From contig JBBTUN010000004.1 in NCBI GenBank assembly GCA_038063735.1, positions 190,921 to 254,920 of the forward strand: a DNA stretch of 64,000 bases. The letters are read 5' to 3'. How positions within the stretch are numbered: position 1 is the stretch's first letter; each line of letters begins with the position of its first letter. The notes beneath the pieces are model-generated. The model was given only the letters and a program-made list of their open reading frames with translations, was not told the DNA's origin and made no database searches. The translations under genes were made by a program, and so were the position numbers. Below are positions 50,299 through 59,109 of the stretch, piece by piece. The stretch comes from Patescibacteria group bacterium. Its GTDB lineage: Bacteria; Patescibacteriota; Microgenomatia; Curtissbacterales; GWA2-41-24.

Positions 50299-51081
50299 AT
50301 GCCAAATAACAAGCCAATAGGTTTTTTCGATTCGGGTATTGGCGGTATTTCTATTTTAAAAGAGGTAAAAAAATTACTCCCCAACGAATCAACAATTTTT
50401 ATTGCAGATCAAAAAAATATGCCCTTTGGCACAAAAAGTGCGCCCGAGCTGAAGGACATAACCAAAAAACTGACAGAGTTTTTGCTAAGAAGCGAGATTA
50501 AACTTTTAGTTATTGCCTGCAATACGGCAACCTGTTCCAGCCTTAATTATCTAAGAAAAGTTTTTGACATTCCAATTATCGGGGTTGTTCCGGCAGTGAA
50601 ATATGCAGCGAAAATAACTAAGAAATCCAAAATTGCCGTCATGTCTACGCCCGGCACCTACAAAAGCAGGTACTTGGAAAAACTAATAAAAGATTACGGG
50701 GAGAACGTGAGTGTACTAAAGGTTGATTGTTATGGTCTCGAAAACGCAATTGAGTCCGGAAGCAAAAATAAGATAGAAAATCTATTAGACAAATATTGCG
50801 CGCAAATAAGAAAATTTGATGCCGATGTGGCCGTCCTTGGGTGTACGCACTACCCGCTGATTAAGCAAAAAATAGCGGACATCTTAGGCAAAAAAATATG
50901 TGTCATAGATTCAGGTGAGGCAATTGCCAAAAGGACAAAAACAGTAATAGCAGATCTGGATATAGGCGCAATAGGTCGATCAAAAGAAATTTACTATACA
51001 ACTGGCAGCCCGAAAAAATTTGCCCTTGCCTTAACATCAATTCTGAATCGCCCAATTGCTGCCCAACAAGTGTCTGTATGA
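50299..51081 (+). CDS. murI: Glutamate racemase (start taken at ATG directly after the mraY stop)
   Basis: IGFFDSGIGGISIL, VIACNTAT and LGCTHYPL active-site Cys motifs. Confidence 0.85.
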   Translation: MPNNKPIGFFDSGIGGISILKEVKKLLPNESTIFIADQKNMPFGTKSAPELKDITKKLTEFLLRSEIKLLVIACNTATCSSLNYLRKVFDIPIIGVVPAVKYAAKITKKSKIAVMSTPGTYKSRYLEKLIKDYGENVSVLKVDCYGLENAIESGSKNKIENLLDKYCAQIRKFDADVAVLGCTHYPLIKQKIADILGKKICVIDSGEAIAKRTKTVIADLDIGAIGRSKEIYYTTGSPKKFALALTSILNRPIAAQQVSV

Positions 51082-52424
51082 TCAAAAACAAAAAAATTGC
51101 TATATTCGGCCTTGGCTTGGAAGGAATATCTGCAGTAAATTACCTTTCGAAATATAACGAAATAGTAGTCTTTGACAAGAAAGAAAAACGTGATTTGCCT
51201 AAAGTTGCCCAAGATTTATTAGGGCGTCACAAATTAACCGCACACCTGGGCAACTCTTTCAAACAACAAAAATTTGACTTAGTACTGCGTTCTCCGGGTG
51301 TACGGCCCGACGATCCAAAGATTTTAAAACTTGTTAAAAATGGTGCCAGGCTTACCAGCGCCACACAAATATTTTTCAATGAATTTAAGGGGCAAATAAT
51401 AGGTGTCACCGGTACAAAGGGCAAAGGTACCACCAGTACCTTAATTTTTGAACTTTTAAAAGCTAAGTTCGATGATGTTCATCTGGCCGGAAACATTGGA
51501 AACCCAATGCTAGATCTTCTCAAAGATTTGTCCCCAAAGTCAAAGGTTGTACTGGAGCTGTCCAGCTTTCAACTTACAAACCTTCAAAAAAGTCCACACA
51601 TTTGCGTGATATTGATGATAACCTCAGAGCATTTAAACTGGCACAAAAACAGGGAAGAATACATAAATGCCAAGGCCACAGTCGTCGCGAATCAAACAAA
51701 AAATGATCTTGCAATTATTAATCAGGACTTTCCCGCCTCAAGAGGCTTCGCCAAAAAAACCAAGGCAAATGTATATTTTTTCTCAACCATTGGCAAAACA
51801 AACGGGGTTTATATAGAAGGCCAAAATGTTAAATCCAATATCGAAAGCCAGGAAACAATTTGCAGTATCACTCAAATACTTTTACCCGGAAGGCATAACT
51901 TGCAAAACGTTTGTGCCGGCATTTCTGTTGCAAAAATAATGGGCGTGGAAAATAAAAGTATTATAAAAGTCCTAAAAACATTCAAGGGCCTCAAGCACAG
52001 GTTGCAAATGATTAAAGAAGTTGAAGGCGTCAAGTATTATGACGATTCTTTTTCGACAACCCCGGAAACGACAATAGCGGCGCTCGCGGCATTCAAAGAA
52101 CCGAAAATATTAATTCTCGGAGGCTCTTCAAAGAAATCTGATTTTACAGATTTAGTCCACATGATAAACAAAAACAGCAGCCTAAAAGCAGTTGTCTTAA
52201 TTGGTATAGAAGGTCAAAGATTAAAACAAATATTCAAAGAAACAAATTCTACCCGCACTATCATAGAAGGGCCCAAAAATATGCAGGAAATCGTAAGTAC
52301 TTGTAAAAATCTGGCACTAGGTGGCGACATAGTACTTTTATCACCTGCATGTGCCTCTTTCGGTATGTTTAAAAATTACAAAGATCGAGGAGACCAATTC
52401 ATCAAAGAAGTAAATAAGCTATGA
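51078..52424 (+). CDS. murD: UDP-N-acetylmuramoylalanine--D-glutamate ligase MurD
   Basis: IIGVTGTKGKGTTSTLI P-loop with Rossmann-like N-terminal domain typical of MurD. Confidence 0.85.
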   Translation: MIKNKKIAIFGLGLEGISAVNYLSKYNEIVVFDKKEKRDLPKVAQDLLGRHKLTAHLGNSFKQQKFDLVLRSPGVRPDDPKILKLVKNGARLTSATQIFFNEFKGQIIGVTGTKGKGTTSTLIFELLKAKFDDVHLAGNIGNPMLDLLKDLSPKSKVVLELSSFQLTNLQKSPHICVILMITSEHLNWHKNREEYINAKATVVANQTKNDLAIINQDFPASRGFAKKTKANVYFFSTIGKTNGVYIEGQNVKSNIESQETICSITQILLPGRHNLQNVCAGISVAKIMGVENKSIIKVLKTFKGLKHRLQMIKEVEGVKYYDDSFSTTPETTIAALAAFKEPKILILGGSSKKSDFTDLVHMINKNSSLKAVVLIGIEGQRLKQIFKETNSTRTIIEGPKNMQEIVSTCKNLALGGDIVLLSPACASFGMFKNYKDRGDQFIKEVNKL

Positions 52425-53542
52425 AAACCCAGACAGAAACCTTAAAACTTCGTTCGCAAAAAAAAACCTTCGATTATTGGCTTATTGGCGTCACCGCACT
52501 ACTGGTTTTAATAGGTCTTATCGTTATCTACGACGCATCTGTTGTTGCCGCATATCGCGATTTTAATGACAAATTTCACTACATTAAAAACCAACTTATT
52601 TGGACAGCGCTAGGCGCAATATCACTCACTTTTTTTAGTTTTTTCAATTATCACAGGCTCTTAAAGTTCTCCAGCTATTTTTTAGGGCTCAGCGTATTTT
52701 TCTTAATACTTGTTCTTATCCCCCACGTGGGTACGCAAGTTTTGGGTGCACGCCGCTGGATAAACATCGGCAGTTTTAATTTTCAGCCATCGGAATTCGC
52801 AAAACTCGCTGTGGTTTTTTATGCGACCTTTATCATCGACAAGTTCGAAAACTACAAAATGACTCTTCTGGACATATTTATCGTCTACTTTTTACCAATT
52901 TTAATAACAACCACCCTCGTTATTATCCAGCCGGACCTTGGCACAGCACTTATTTTCTTTGCAATAACCATTATTATTTACTTCATTGGCAACGCACCCA
53001 TATGGCATTTTTTGCTTACGGTACCTTTTGCGATCGTCAGCGCTTTAGTCGCAATTGCCACGCACCCTTACAGAATAGACAGAATCAAGGCGTTTTTGGA
53101 TCCCAATTTTGATCCACAGGGAGCGTCCTATCAAATTAATCAGATAATAATTGCACTCGCATCCGGCGGGTTATTAGGCGTGGGCATAGGCGCGTCCCGC
53201 GGTAAGTTTGAATTTATTCCGGAAGTACACAGTGACGCTATTTTTGCAGTTCTGGTTGAAGAACTCGGATTTCTAGGCGCGTTCATTCTTGTTGGACTAT
53301 TTTTGTTTTTAATAACCCGCGCCATAAATATTGCCAGAAACGCTCCGGACTATCAGGGAAAGGTACTGGCCTCAGGAATAGTTGCCCTCATTGCCGTGCA
53401 GACTCTTTTTAACCTGGCGGCAATTGTGGCGCTCGTCCCCTTAACAGGAATCCCCCTGCCTTTTATTTCCTACGGAGGGTCGTCTCTTTTTGTAACTTTA
53501 AGCGCAATCGGCATCTTGCTTAACATTAAAAAACAGTCATGA
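52421..53542 (+). CDS. ftsW: SEDS-family peptidoglycan glycosyltransferase FtsW
   Basis: 373 aa, 10 TM helices, QPDLGTAL motif; between murD and murG. Confidence 0.8.
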   Translation: MKTQTETLKLRSQKKTFDYWLIGVTALLVLIGLIVIYDASVVAAYRDFNDKFHYIKNQLIWTALGAISLTFFSFFNYHRLLKFSSYFLGLSVFFLILVLIPHVGTQVLGARRWINIGSFNFQPSEFAKLAVVFYATFIIDKFENYKMTLLDIFIVYFLPILITTTLVIIQPDLGTALIFFAITIIIYFIGNAPIWHFLLTVPFAIVSALVAIATHPYRIDRIKAFLDPNFDPQGASYQINQIIIALASGGLLGVGIGASRGKFEFIPEVHSDAIFAVLVEELGFLGAFILVGLFLFLITRAINIARNAPDYQGKVLASGIVALIAVQTLFNLAAIVALVPLTGIPLPFISYGGSSLFVTLSAIGILLNIKKQS

Positions 53543-54639
53543 AAAAAGTATTAATTTGTGGTGGACACTTTACGCCAGCGCTAGCCTTAATTGAAGAGCT
53601 GGAAAAAAACAAAAATATAGAGATTGTCTTTATTGGCAGAAAATATTCTGTGGAGGGGGTAAACAAAACGTCGGTAGAATACAAAGAAATTAAAAGAAAA
53701 GGGATTAAATTTTTGACTCTCACAACAGGCAGACTTCAGCGCAAATTTACGACCCGCACCATTCCCTCACTCCTAAAAATACCCTTCGGTTTTTTTCAAA
53801 GTTTTCTTTATCTTCTTGTTGTAAGGCCAAATCTGGTCATGTCTTTTGGGAGTTACGTATCCACACCCGTCGTTGTAAGCGCTTGGCTCCTGGCAATACC
53901 GGTTCTTACCCATGAGCAAAGTTCGATACCGGGCCTGGCAAACAGAATTAACGCAATCTTTGGCAAAACTGTGTTTGTTGCCTGGCCCGCTTCGACAAAA
54001 TATTTCAAGGTTAACAAAGAAGTAAAAGTTGTCGGCAATTTAATTAGAAAGTCCGTGTACAAAACCGACGCCCAAAGCCCCCAAATAAAAAAATTTCTCA
54101 AAGATCATAAAAACATAATTTACATAACAGGTGGAAACTTAGGGTCACATATAATCAACAATCATATTTTTGCAGCTTTGCCGCTAACGGGTTTTAGTGT
54201 TATTCACCAGGTTGGAAGTATAAATTATAAACAGGACCTGGAAACTGCCAAAGGTATAAAAGCCCAAAATTATTTACCCCTCGACTATATTTCGGAGGGT
54301 GATATCGGTGCCGTTTTAAACGCTGCCCAAATAGTTATCGCCAGAGCTGGTGCTAATACGGTTTGGGAGCTGGCGTCTCTGGCAAAGCCTTCCATATTAG
54401 TACCCTTGCCAATAGCTGGTGCAAACGAACAAGCAGAAAATGCCAAAATTTTAGAAAGCGCCGGAAGCGCGGTAATCATCCACCAAAAAGATCTGACCCC
54501 TGCTAAGCTTAAAGAAGAACTGCACGCCGTATCGATTAATTTAGAAAAATACAAAAAAGCTGCACGGAATTTTAAAAAAACCTTACCCGCCGACCCGACA
54601 AATTTGGTATTGTCCGAAGCGCTTAAATATCTAAAATGA
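53539..54639 (+). CDS. murG: Undecaprenyldiphospho-muramoylpentapeptide beta-N-acetylglucosaminyltransferase MurG
   Basis: MKKVLICGGHFTPALALIEEL N-terminus; GT28 architecture. Confidence 0.85.
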   Translation: MKKVLICGGHFTPALALIEELEKNKNIEIVFIGRKYSVEGVNKTSVEYKEIKRKGIKFLTLTTGRLQRKFTTRTIPSLLKIPFGFFQSFLYLLVVRPNLVMSFGSYVSTPVVVSAWLLAIPVLTHEQSSIPGLANRINAIFGKTVFVAWPASTKYFKVNKEVKVVGNLIRKSVYKTDAQSPQIKKFLKDHKNIIYITGGNLGSHIINNHIFAALPLTGFSVIHQVGSINYKQDLETAKGIKAQNYLPLDYISEGDIGAVLNAAQIVIARAGANTVWELASLAKPSILVPLPIAGANEQAENAKILESAGSAVIIHQKDLTPAKLKEELHAVSINLEKYKKAARNFKKTLPADPTNLVLSEALKYLK

Positions 54640-55322
54640 AAAAGAAGCTTACAACTGTTTTAACGGCTTTAATCCTGGCTCTAATAATTTACACAATATT
54701 TTTTTCGTACGTTTTCAAAATCAAAACAATTCAAGTTGCTAGCGAGTCATGTATAACTCGCGAGCAAGTGGAAAGCACTTTGTCCCTAACTGGAAAAAAC
54801 ACAATCCCTATTAATACCGAAAAATTAACGCGTCAGCTTAAAGACAAATATTCATGCCTGGAAAATGTCCAGGTTAAAAAAATCTACCCAAATACGATTA
54901 ACATTCAAACCCGCTCCACCCAACTGGTCGCAAAAGTTGAGGGAACGGATTATTTTATTACAGAAAGGGGCTTGGTTATAGAAAAAACCCAGGACACTCA
55001 ATTACCAAAAATATATATCCCCCAGGGCACAGAAATAAAACTTAATCAAAAACTCACCTCAGACAAAATATTGTTCGCTCTAACGCTCACCCGGGAGGTA
55101 GCAAAAACCGATTTTACGCCAGCCAGCGTTCGGTTTTTAGAAGAGGGTGACGTTGCTGTTTACAGTACTCAAGAGGCAATTGCCCTGTTTAGCACAACAA
55201 AGTCGGCAGCTGGTCAGGTTGACTCTTTACAGTCAGTCTTGGCAAAAGCTAAAATAGATGCGGCTAAAATCGAAAAAATTGACCTACGTTTCGATAAGCC
55301 AACTATAGTTTACAAAAAATAA
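54636..55322 (+). CDS. ftsQ: Cell division protein FtsQ/DivIB-like (TM + POTRA)
   Basis: 228 aa, N-terminal TM, position between murG and ftsA. Confidence 0.6.
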   Translation: MKKKLTTVLTALILALIIYTIFFSYVFKIKTIQVASESCITREQVESTLSLTGKNTIPINTEKLTRQLKDKYSCLENVQVKKIYPNTINIQTRSTQLVAKVEGTDYFITERGLVIEKTQDTQLPKIYIPQGTEIKLNQKLTSDKILFALTLTREVAKTDFTPASVRFLEEGDVAVYSTQEAIALFSTTKSAAGQVDSLQSVLAKAKIDAAKIEKIDLRFDKPTIVYKK

Positions 55323-55324
55323 TA

Positions 55325-56602
55325 ATGACCAAAGATAAAGTTGTTGTTGGTATAGATGTAGGATCCACAAAAGTAACAACAATAATCGCAACAATTCAGG
55401 ACGATTTTTCTCCAAATATAATAGGTGTTTCCCAGGCAACTGCAAAGGGCCTGCGAAAGGGCCAGGTAGTAGATATCGACGAAGCGGTTGCCAGTATTAC
55501 CGGCTCAATAGAAGCAGCGGAAAGAATGGCAGGTTACTCTGTTGGGGCAGCATTTGTCTCTGTCGACGGAGTTCATATTGAATCACAAAACTCAAAAGGG
55601 GTTGTCGCCATTTCCAATCCTCAAGGCGAAATTTCCCAGGAAGACATTACAAGAGTTATCGAAGCGGCGCGGGCAATTTCGCTGCCCTCATCAAAAGAAA
55701 TCTTGCATGTCATCCCCCGCTTTTTTACTGTGGACAGTCAGGGTGGCATAAAAGACCCGATTGGTATGAACGGGGTAAGACTGGAAGTAGAAACTCACAT
55801 CGTAACCGGCGCAACCACCGCACTTCGTAACATTGCCAAATGCGTGTCTCAAGTTGGTATTAGTGTAGAAGGAATGGTTTTTTCCGGACTGTCATCATCA
55901 TATTCGGTCCTCTCGGACACCGAAAAAGAACTTGGGGTTATTTTAGTTGACTTCGGCGGCGGAACAACAGATATTGTCATTTTTGTTGACGGAGCCCCGG
56001 CTCATTGCGCGGCACTGCCGGTTGGGGCCAGAAATGTCACCAACGATTTGGCCATAGGCCTGCGAATTTCTCTGGATTCAGCCGAAAAAATTAAGCTGGC
56101 TCTTTCCAAAGAACCGAAAATTGCCGTAGAGCCAGACGAAGAAGGCAGGGCAAGAGATAAAAAAGAGTCAGACCAGCTAGACATTTCCAGCCTGTCAATA
56201 GAAGAAGATTTAAAACTGGTCTCCAAAAAAACATTAACCGACGGAATCATACGACCAAGACTGAGAGAAATAATTAACATGGTCAAACTTGAAATTCAAA
56301 AATCAGGATACTCCGGCCTTACACCCGCTGGCGTCGTCTTAACCGGCGGAGGCGCGGCAACTGCCGGGCTAGTAGATATTGCCAAACAAGAACTAGGCAT
56401 GCCGGTCCGCCTCGGTCTTCCTCAAGGTGCGACTGGTCTAATCGATGAAATCGCCTCTCCCGCATTTTCGTCGAGCCTCGGGCTGGTAGTTTACGGCGCC
56501 AGTTTTCAGCAGGAAGACGTCCGCCTGCCGCTGGTGGGCAGAATAGAAATCAAAGGCATTTTTAATAAAGGTATTAGCCTTATAAAATCGGTTCTTCCCT
56601 AA
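55325..56602 (+). CDS. ftsA: Cell division protein FtsA (actin-like ATPase)
   Basis: VVGIDVGSTKVTTII phosphate-1 motif; DFGGGTTDI phosphate-2 motif. Confidence 0.85.
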   Translation: MTKDKVVVGIDVGSTKVTTIIATIQDDFSPNIIGVSQATAKGLRKGQVVDIDEAVASITGSIEAAERMAGYSVGAAFVSVDGVHIESQNSKGVVAISNPQGEISQEDITRVIEAARAISLPSSKEILHVIPRFFTVDSQGGIKDPIGMNGVRLEVETHIVTGATTALRNIAKCVSQVGISVEGMVFSGLSSSYSVLSDTEKELGVILVDFGGGTTDIVIFVDGAPAHCAALPVGARNVTNDLAIGLRISLDSAEKIKLALSKEPKIAVEPDEEGRARDKKESDQLDISSLSIEEDLKLVSKKTLTDGIIRPRLREIINMVKLEIQKSGYSGLTPAGVVLTGGGAATAGLVDIAKQELGMPVRLGLPQGATGLIDEIASPAFSSSLGLVVYGASFQQEDVRLPLVGRIEIKGIFNKGISLIKSVLP

Positions 56603-56614
56603 GCCTAAGTCCGC

Positions 56615-56643
56615 TTGCAAATAAAAAGACTCTGTGTTAAATT
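56615..56643 (+). promoter_or_regulatory. Candidate ftsZ-proximal promoter with extended -10
   Basis: TTGCAA (56615-56620), 17-nt spacer, TGTTAAATT (56635-56643) in the ftsA-ftsZ intergenic region. Confidence 0.35.
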
Positions 56644-56671
56644 GTGACAGCTTTACAAGGTCTTCGTATCA

Positions 56672-57766
56672 ATGTTAATAAAACCGGACGTTAATAGATT
56701 CGCAAAAATAAAAGTTTTAGGCATAGGTGGCGGTGGAACTAACGCCCTAAACTCCATGATTACCCAGGCGCAAATTCAAGGTGTAGATTTCGTGGCGGTT
56801 AACACCGACCAACAGCACTTGCTAGCATGTCTGGCCCAAACAAAAGTCCAGATAGGGGACGGTTTAACTAAAGGTTTAGGAGCCGGTGCCAATCCCGATA
56901 TCGGCAAAAAGGCGGCAGAAGAATCGCTGGAAAGAATTAAAGATGTTGTAACTGGTGCCGATATGGTTTTTTTAACATATGGTGCCGGTGGAGGCACAGG
57001 CACAGGCGCCGGCCCGGTTATCGCCGAAATGGCTAAAAAGCTGGGCATCCTAACAGTTGCAGTTGTTACCAAACCGTTCGGTTTTGAAGGGACCCGAAGA
57101 ATGATTGTTGCAGAGGACGGCATCGACAGTCTCAGGGACAAAGTAGACACCCTTATTGTAATTCCAAATCAAAAACTCCTGGAAGTTGTCGACAAAAATG
57201 TGTCGCTCTTGGAAGCATTTAAACTCGCAGACTCAATTCTTTCCCAGGGTGTACAAGGCATTTCGGACATCATAGTTATGCCAGGTCTAATTAACGTCGA
57301 TTTTGCAGATGTCAAGGCCATTATGACAAACGCTGGCTCAACTTTAATGGGTGTAGGAACCGCCTCCGGAGAAAACAGGGCAACAACGGCAGCCAGAACA
57401 GCCATTGCTTCACCGCTTCTGGACTCATCAATAGATGGCGCCAGGGGAGTCCTCTTCAACATAACAGGCGGCTCGGATATGGCCATGAGTGAAGTTGACG
57501 AAGCCGCAAAAGTTATCACCAGTCAGGCAGACCCGGATGCCCAGATTATCTTTGGGGCTGCCATCGACGAAAAGTTAATCGATCAAATAAAAGTAACGGT
57601 AGTAGCAACCGGTTTTGACGAAACTAGAAGAAAGTATGTCCAGATAACTCCGCCAGACCTTTCCGTTAGCATGACTCAGCAACTGGAAAACCAAGACACC
57701 TCAATCGATGGCCAAATAGACGAAGACGAATTCGACGTTCCCACATTCCTACGTCAGATAAGATAA
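56672..57766 (+). CDS. ftsZ: Cell division GTPase FtsZ
   Basis: IKVLGIGGGGTNALNSM and tubulin signature GGGTGTGAGPVIAE. Confidence 0.95.
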   Translation: MLIKPDVNRFAKIKVLGIGGGGTNALNSMITQAQIQGVDFVAVNTDQQHLLACLAQTKVQIGDGLTKGLGAGANPDIGKKAAEESLERIKDVVTGADMVFLTYGAGGGTGTGAGPVIAEMAKKLGILTVAVVTKPFGFEGTRRMIVAEDGIDSLRDKVDTLIVIPNQKLLEVVDKNVSLLEAFKLADSILSQGVQGISDIIVMPGLINVDFADVKAIMTNAGSTLMGVGTASGENRATTAARTAIASPLLDSSIDGARGVLFNITGGSDMAMSEVDEAAKVITSQADPDAQIIFGAAIDEKLIDQIKVTVVATGFDETRRKYVQITPPDLSVSMTQQLENQDTSIDGQIDEDEFDVPTFLRQIR

Positions 57767-57906
57767 TCTCCTTTTAAAATCTAAAAAGAAAGTTAAAACT
57801 AAGGTAGTTCATAGTGTTAGTTACTATAACACGCTCCCTCGTCGCAACAAGACGAAAAATAGGGGAGTAGAAATGTGGATTTGCTTGTCCCAATAGGATA
57901 AACCTA

Positions 57907-57935
57907 TTGACAAGCTCTTAGTTTTTTGTTAATAT
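57907..57935 (+). promoter_or_regulatory. Near-consensus sigma70 promoter upstream of integrase
   Basis: TTGACA (57907-57912), 17-nt spacer, TAATAT (57930-57935); AGGGAG RBS 57986-57991. Confidence 0.5.
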
Positions 57936-57994
57936 GAGAATTAATCCTCGCAAGATTTTTCTCAACCACAAGCTACTCCCCAAAAAGGGAGTAA

Positions 57995-59011
57995 ATGCAC
58001 ATACCAGAAGAAGATTTTAAGTCTTATATAACTATCAAGCTCAGTCTCGCCCCAAATTCTGTGCGCCACGATATGAGCAGGCTTAGGCTAATTAACCAAT
58101 GGTTTTCAAACAAGGAACTCACAAAAGAGAACATCGAAAAGTATTTTTACGAGAGAAAACAAGATGGCCTTGTAAATAATTCACTTAATACTTACCACAC
58201 AGTATTTCGACACATTCAGGGCTACTGCAAGGATAGAGGTCTTCAGGCTGATTTTTATGAGGGCTTCAAATCTTTTAAAAAGACAAAACCACACATTGTA
58301 ATTTTTACAACAGAGGAGATAGAGAAGTTGTTAAGCATAAAACTTTCTTATGGTCATTTTCGAGGCAAAGACGTGTCCTTTTTAGATTTCCGCTATAACA
58401 CTCTGACTAGGTTTCTAGCAGAAACAGGTTGCAGGTTCGGAGAAGCAGCTACATTAAAAATTAAATACTTGGACTTGGGCAGCGGCAAAGCAACTTTTGT
58501 AGATACTAAAACGAATGAGAATAGAACGGCCTTCATTACAGGACCACTCATTGCAGGAATCAAACAAATTACAGATGGTTGTGATCCTGATGATTACGTC
58601 TTTCGCAACGCCGTTGAGAAGCCTATGAGACCCCAAGAATATATTCCAGATTTAAAAAAGCGGGCTACTGCGGCTGGCATTTTGAATTTGAAAAAAGTAC
58701 ACCCACATAACTTTAGACATACATACGCAACAATGCTGCTTGAGGCTGGTGTGCAAATAACAGAAGTGTCAAAACTTTTAGGTCACAAAGATATTCAAAC
58801 AACCTACGATACTTATATGCATCTGGCTGATCGAACATTACAAAGAGCTGCGATGAGGTTGCCATTGATAAGGGGGAGTGTAGCGCCTGTTGAGACTATC
58901 AAAACAATAAAAGAAACACTAGAGAACTTCCATTTGGAGAGTGATCAGCGCTTTGTTTATATAATTTCCGAATCCGACGGTGAATTTAAATTCTCACTAA
59001 GAGCAAAGTAA
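57995..59011 (+). CDS. Tyrosine site-specific recombinase / phage-type integrase
   Basis: Box I TGCRFGEA (Arg), HNFRHTYAT (H-x-x-R), LGHKD, catalytic Tyr in TYDTYMHL. Confidence 0.85.
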   Translation: MHIPEEDFKSYITIKLSLAPNSVRHDMSRLRLINQWFSNKELTKENIEKYFYERKQDGLVNNSLNTYHTVFRHIQGYCKDRGLQADFYEGFKSFKKTKPHIVIFTTEEIEKLLSIKLSYGHFRGKDVSFLDFRYNTLTRFLAETGCRFGEAATLKIKYLDLGSGKATFVDTKTNENRTAFITGPLIAGIKQITDGCDPDDYVFRNAVEKPMRPQEYIPDLKKRATAAGILNLKKVHPHNFRHTYATMLLEAGVQITEVSKLLGHKDIQTTYDTYMHLADRTLQRAAMRLPLIRGSVAPVETIKTIKETLENFHLESDQRFVYIISESDGEFKFSLRAK

Positions 59012-59109
59012 AAGGACTAGTCGTAAAACCAGTCCTTTATCTCGTTTCACAAGCTACTCCGTTATTTCTCCTCGCAAGAGTATAAAACGGCAGCCTCAGT
59101 TAATCTCAT

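Noticed and set aside
57767-57994. tRNA gene as integration target downstream of ftsZ
   Set aside because: Reading this interval on both strands shows no cloverleaf-compatible sequence, for example no GTTCGA/TTCGAAT T-loop motif with flanking stems. The integrase appears to sit next to a plain intergenic site.
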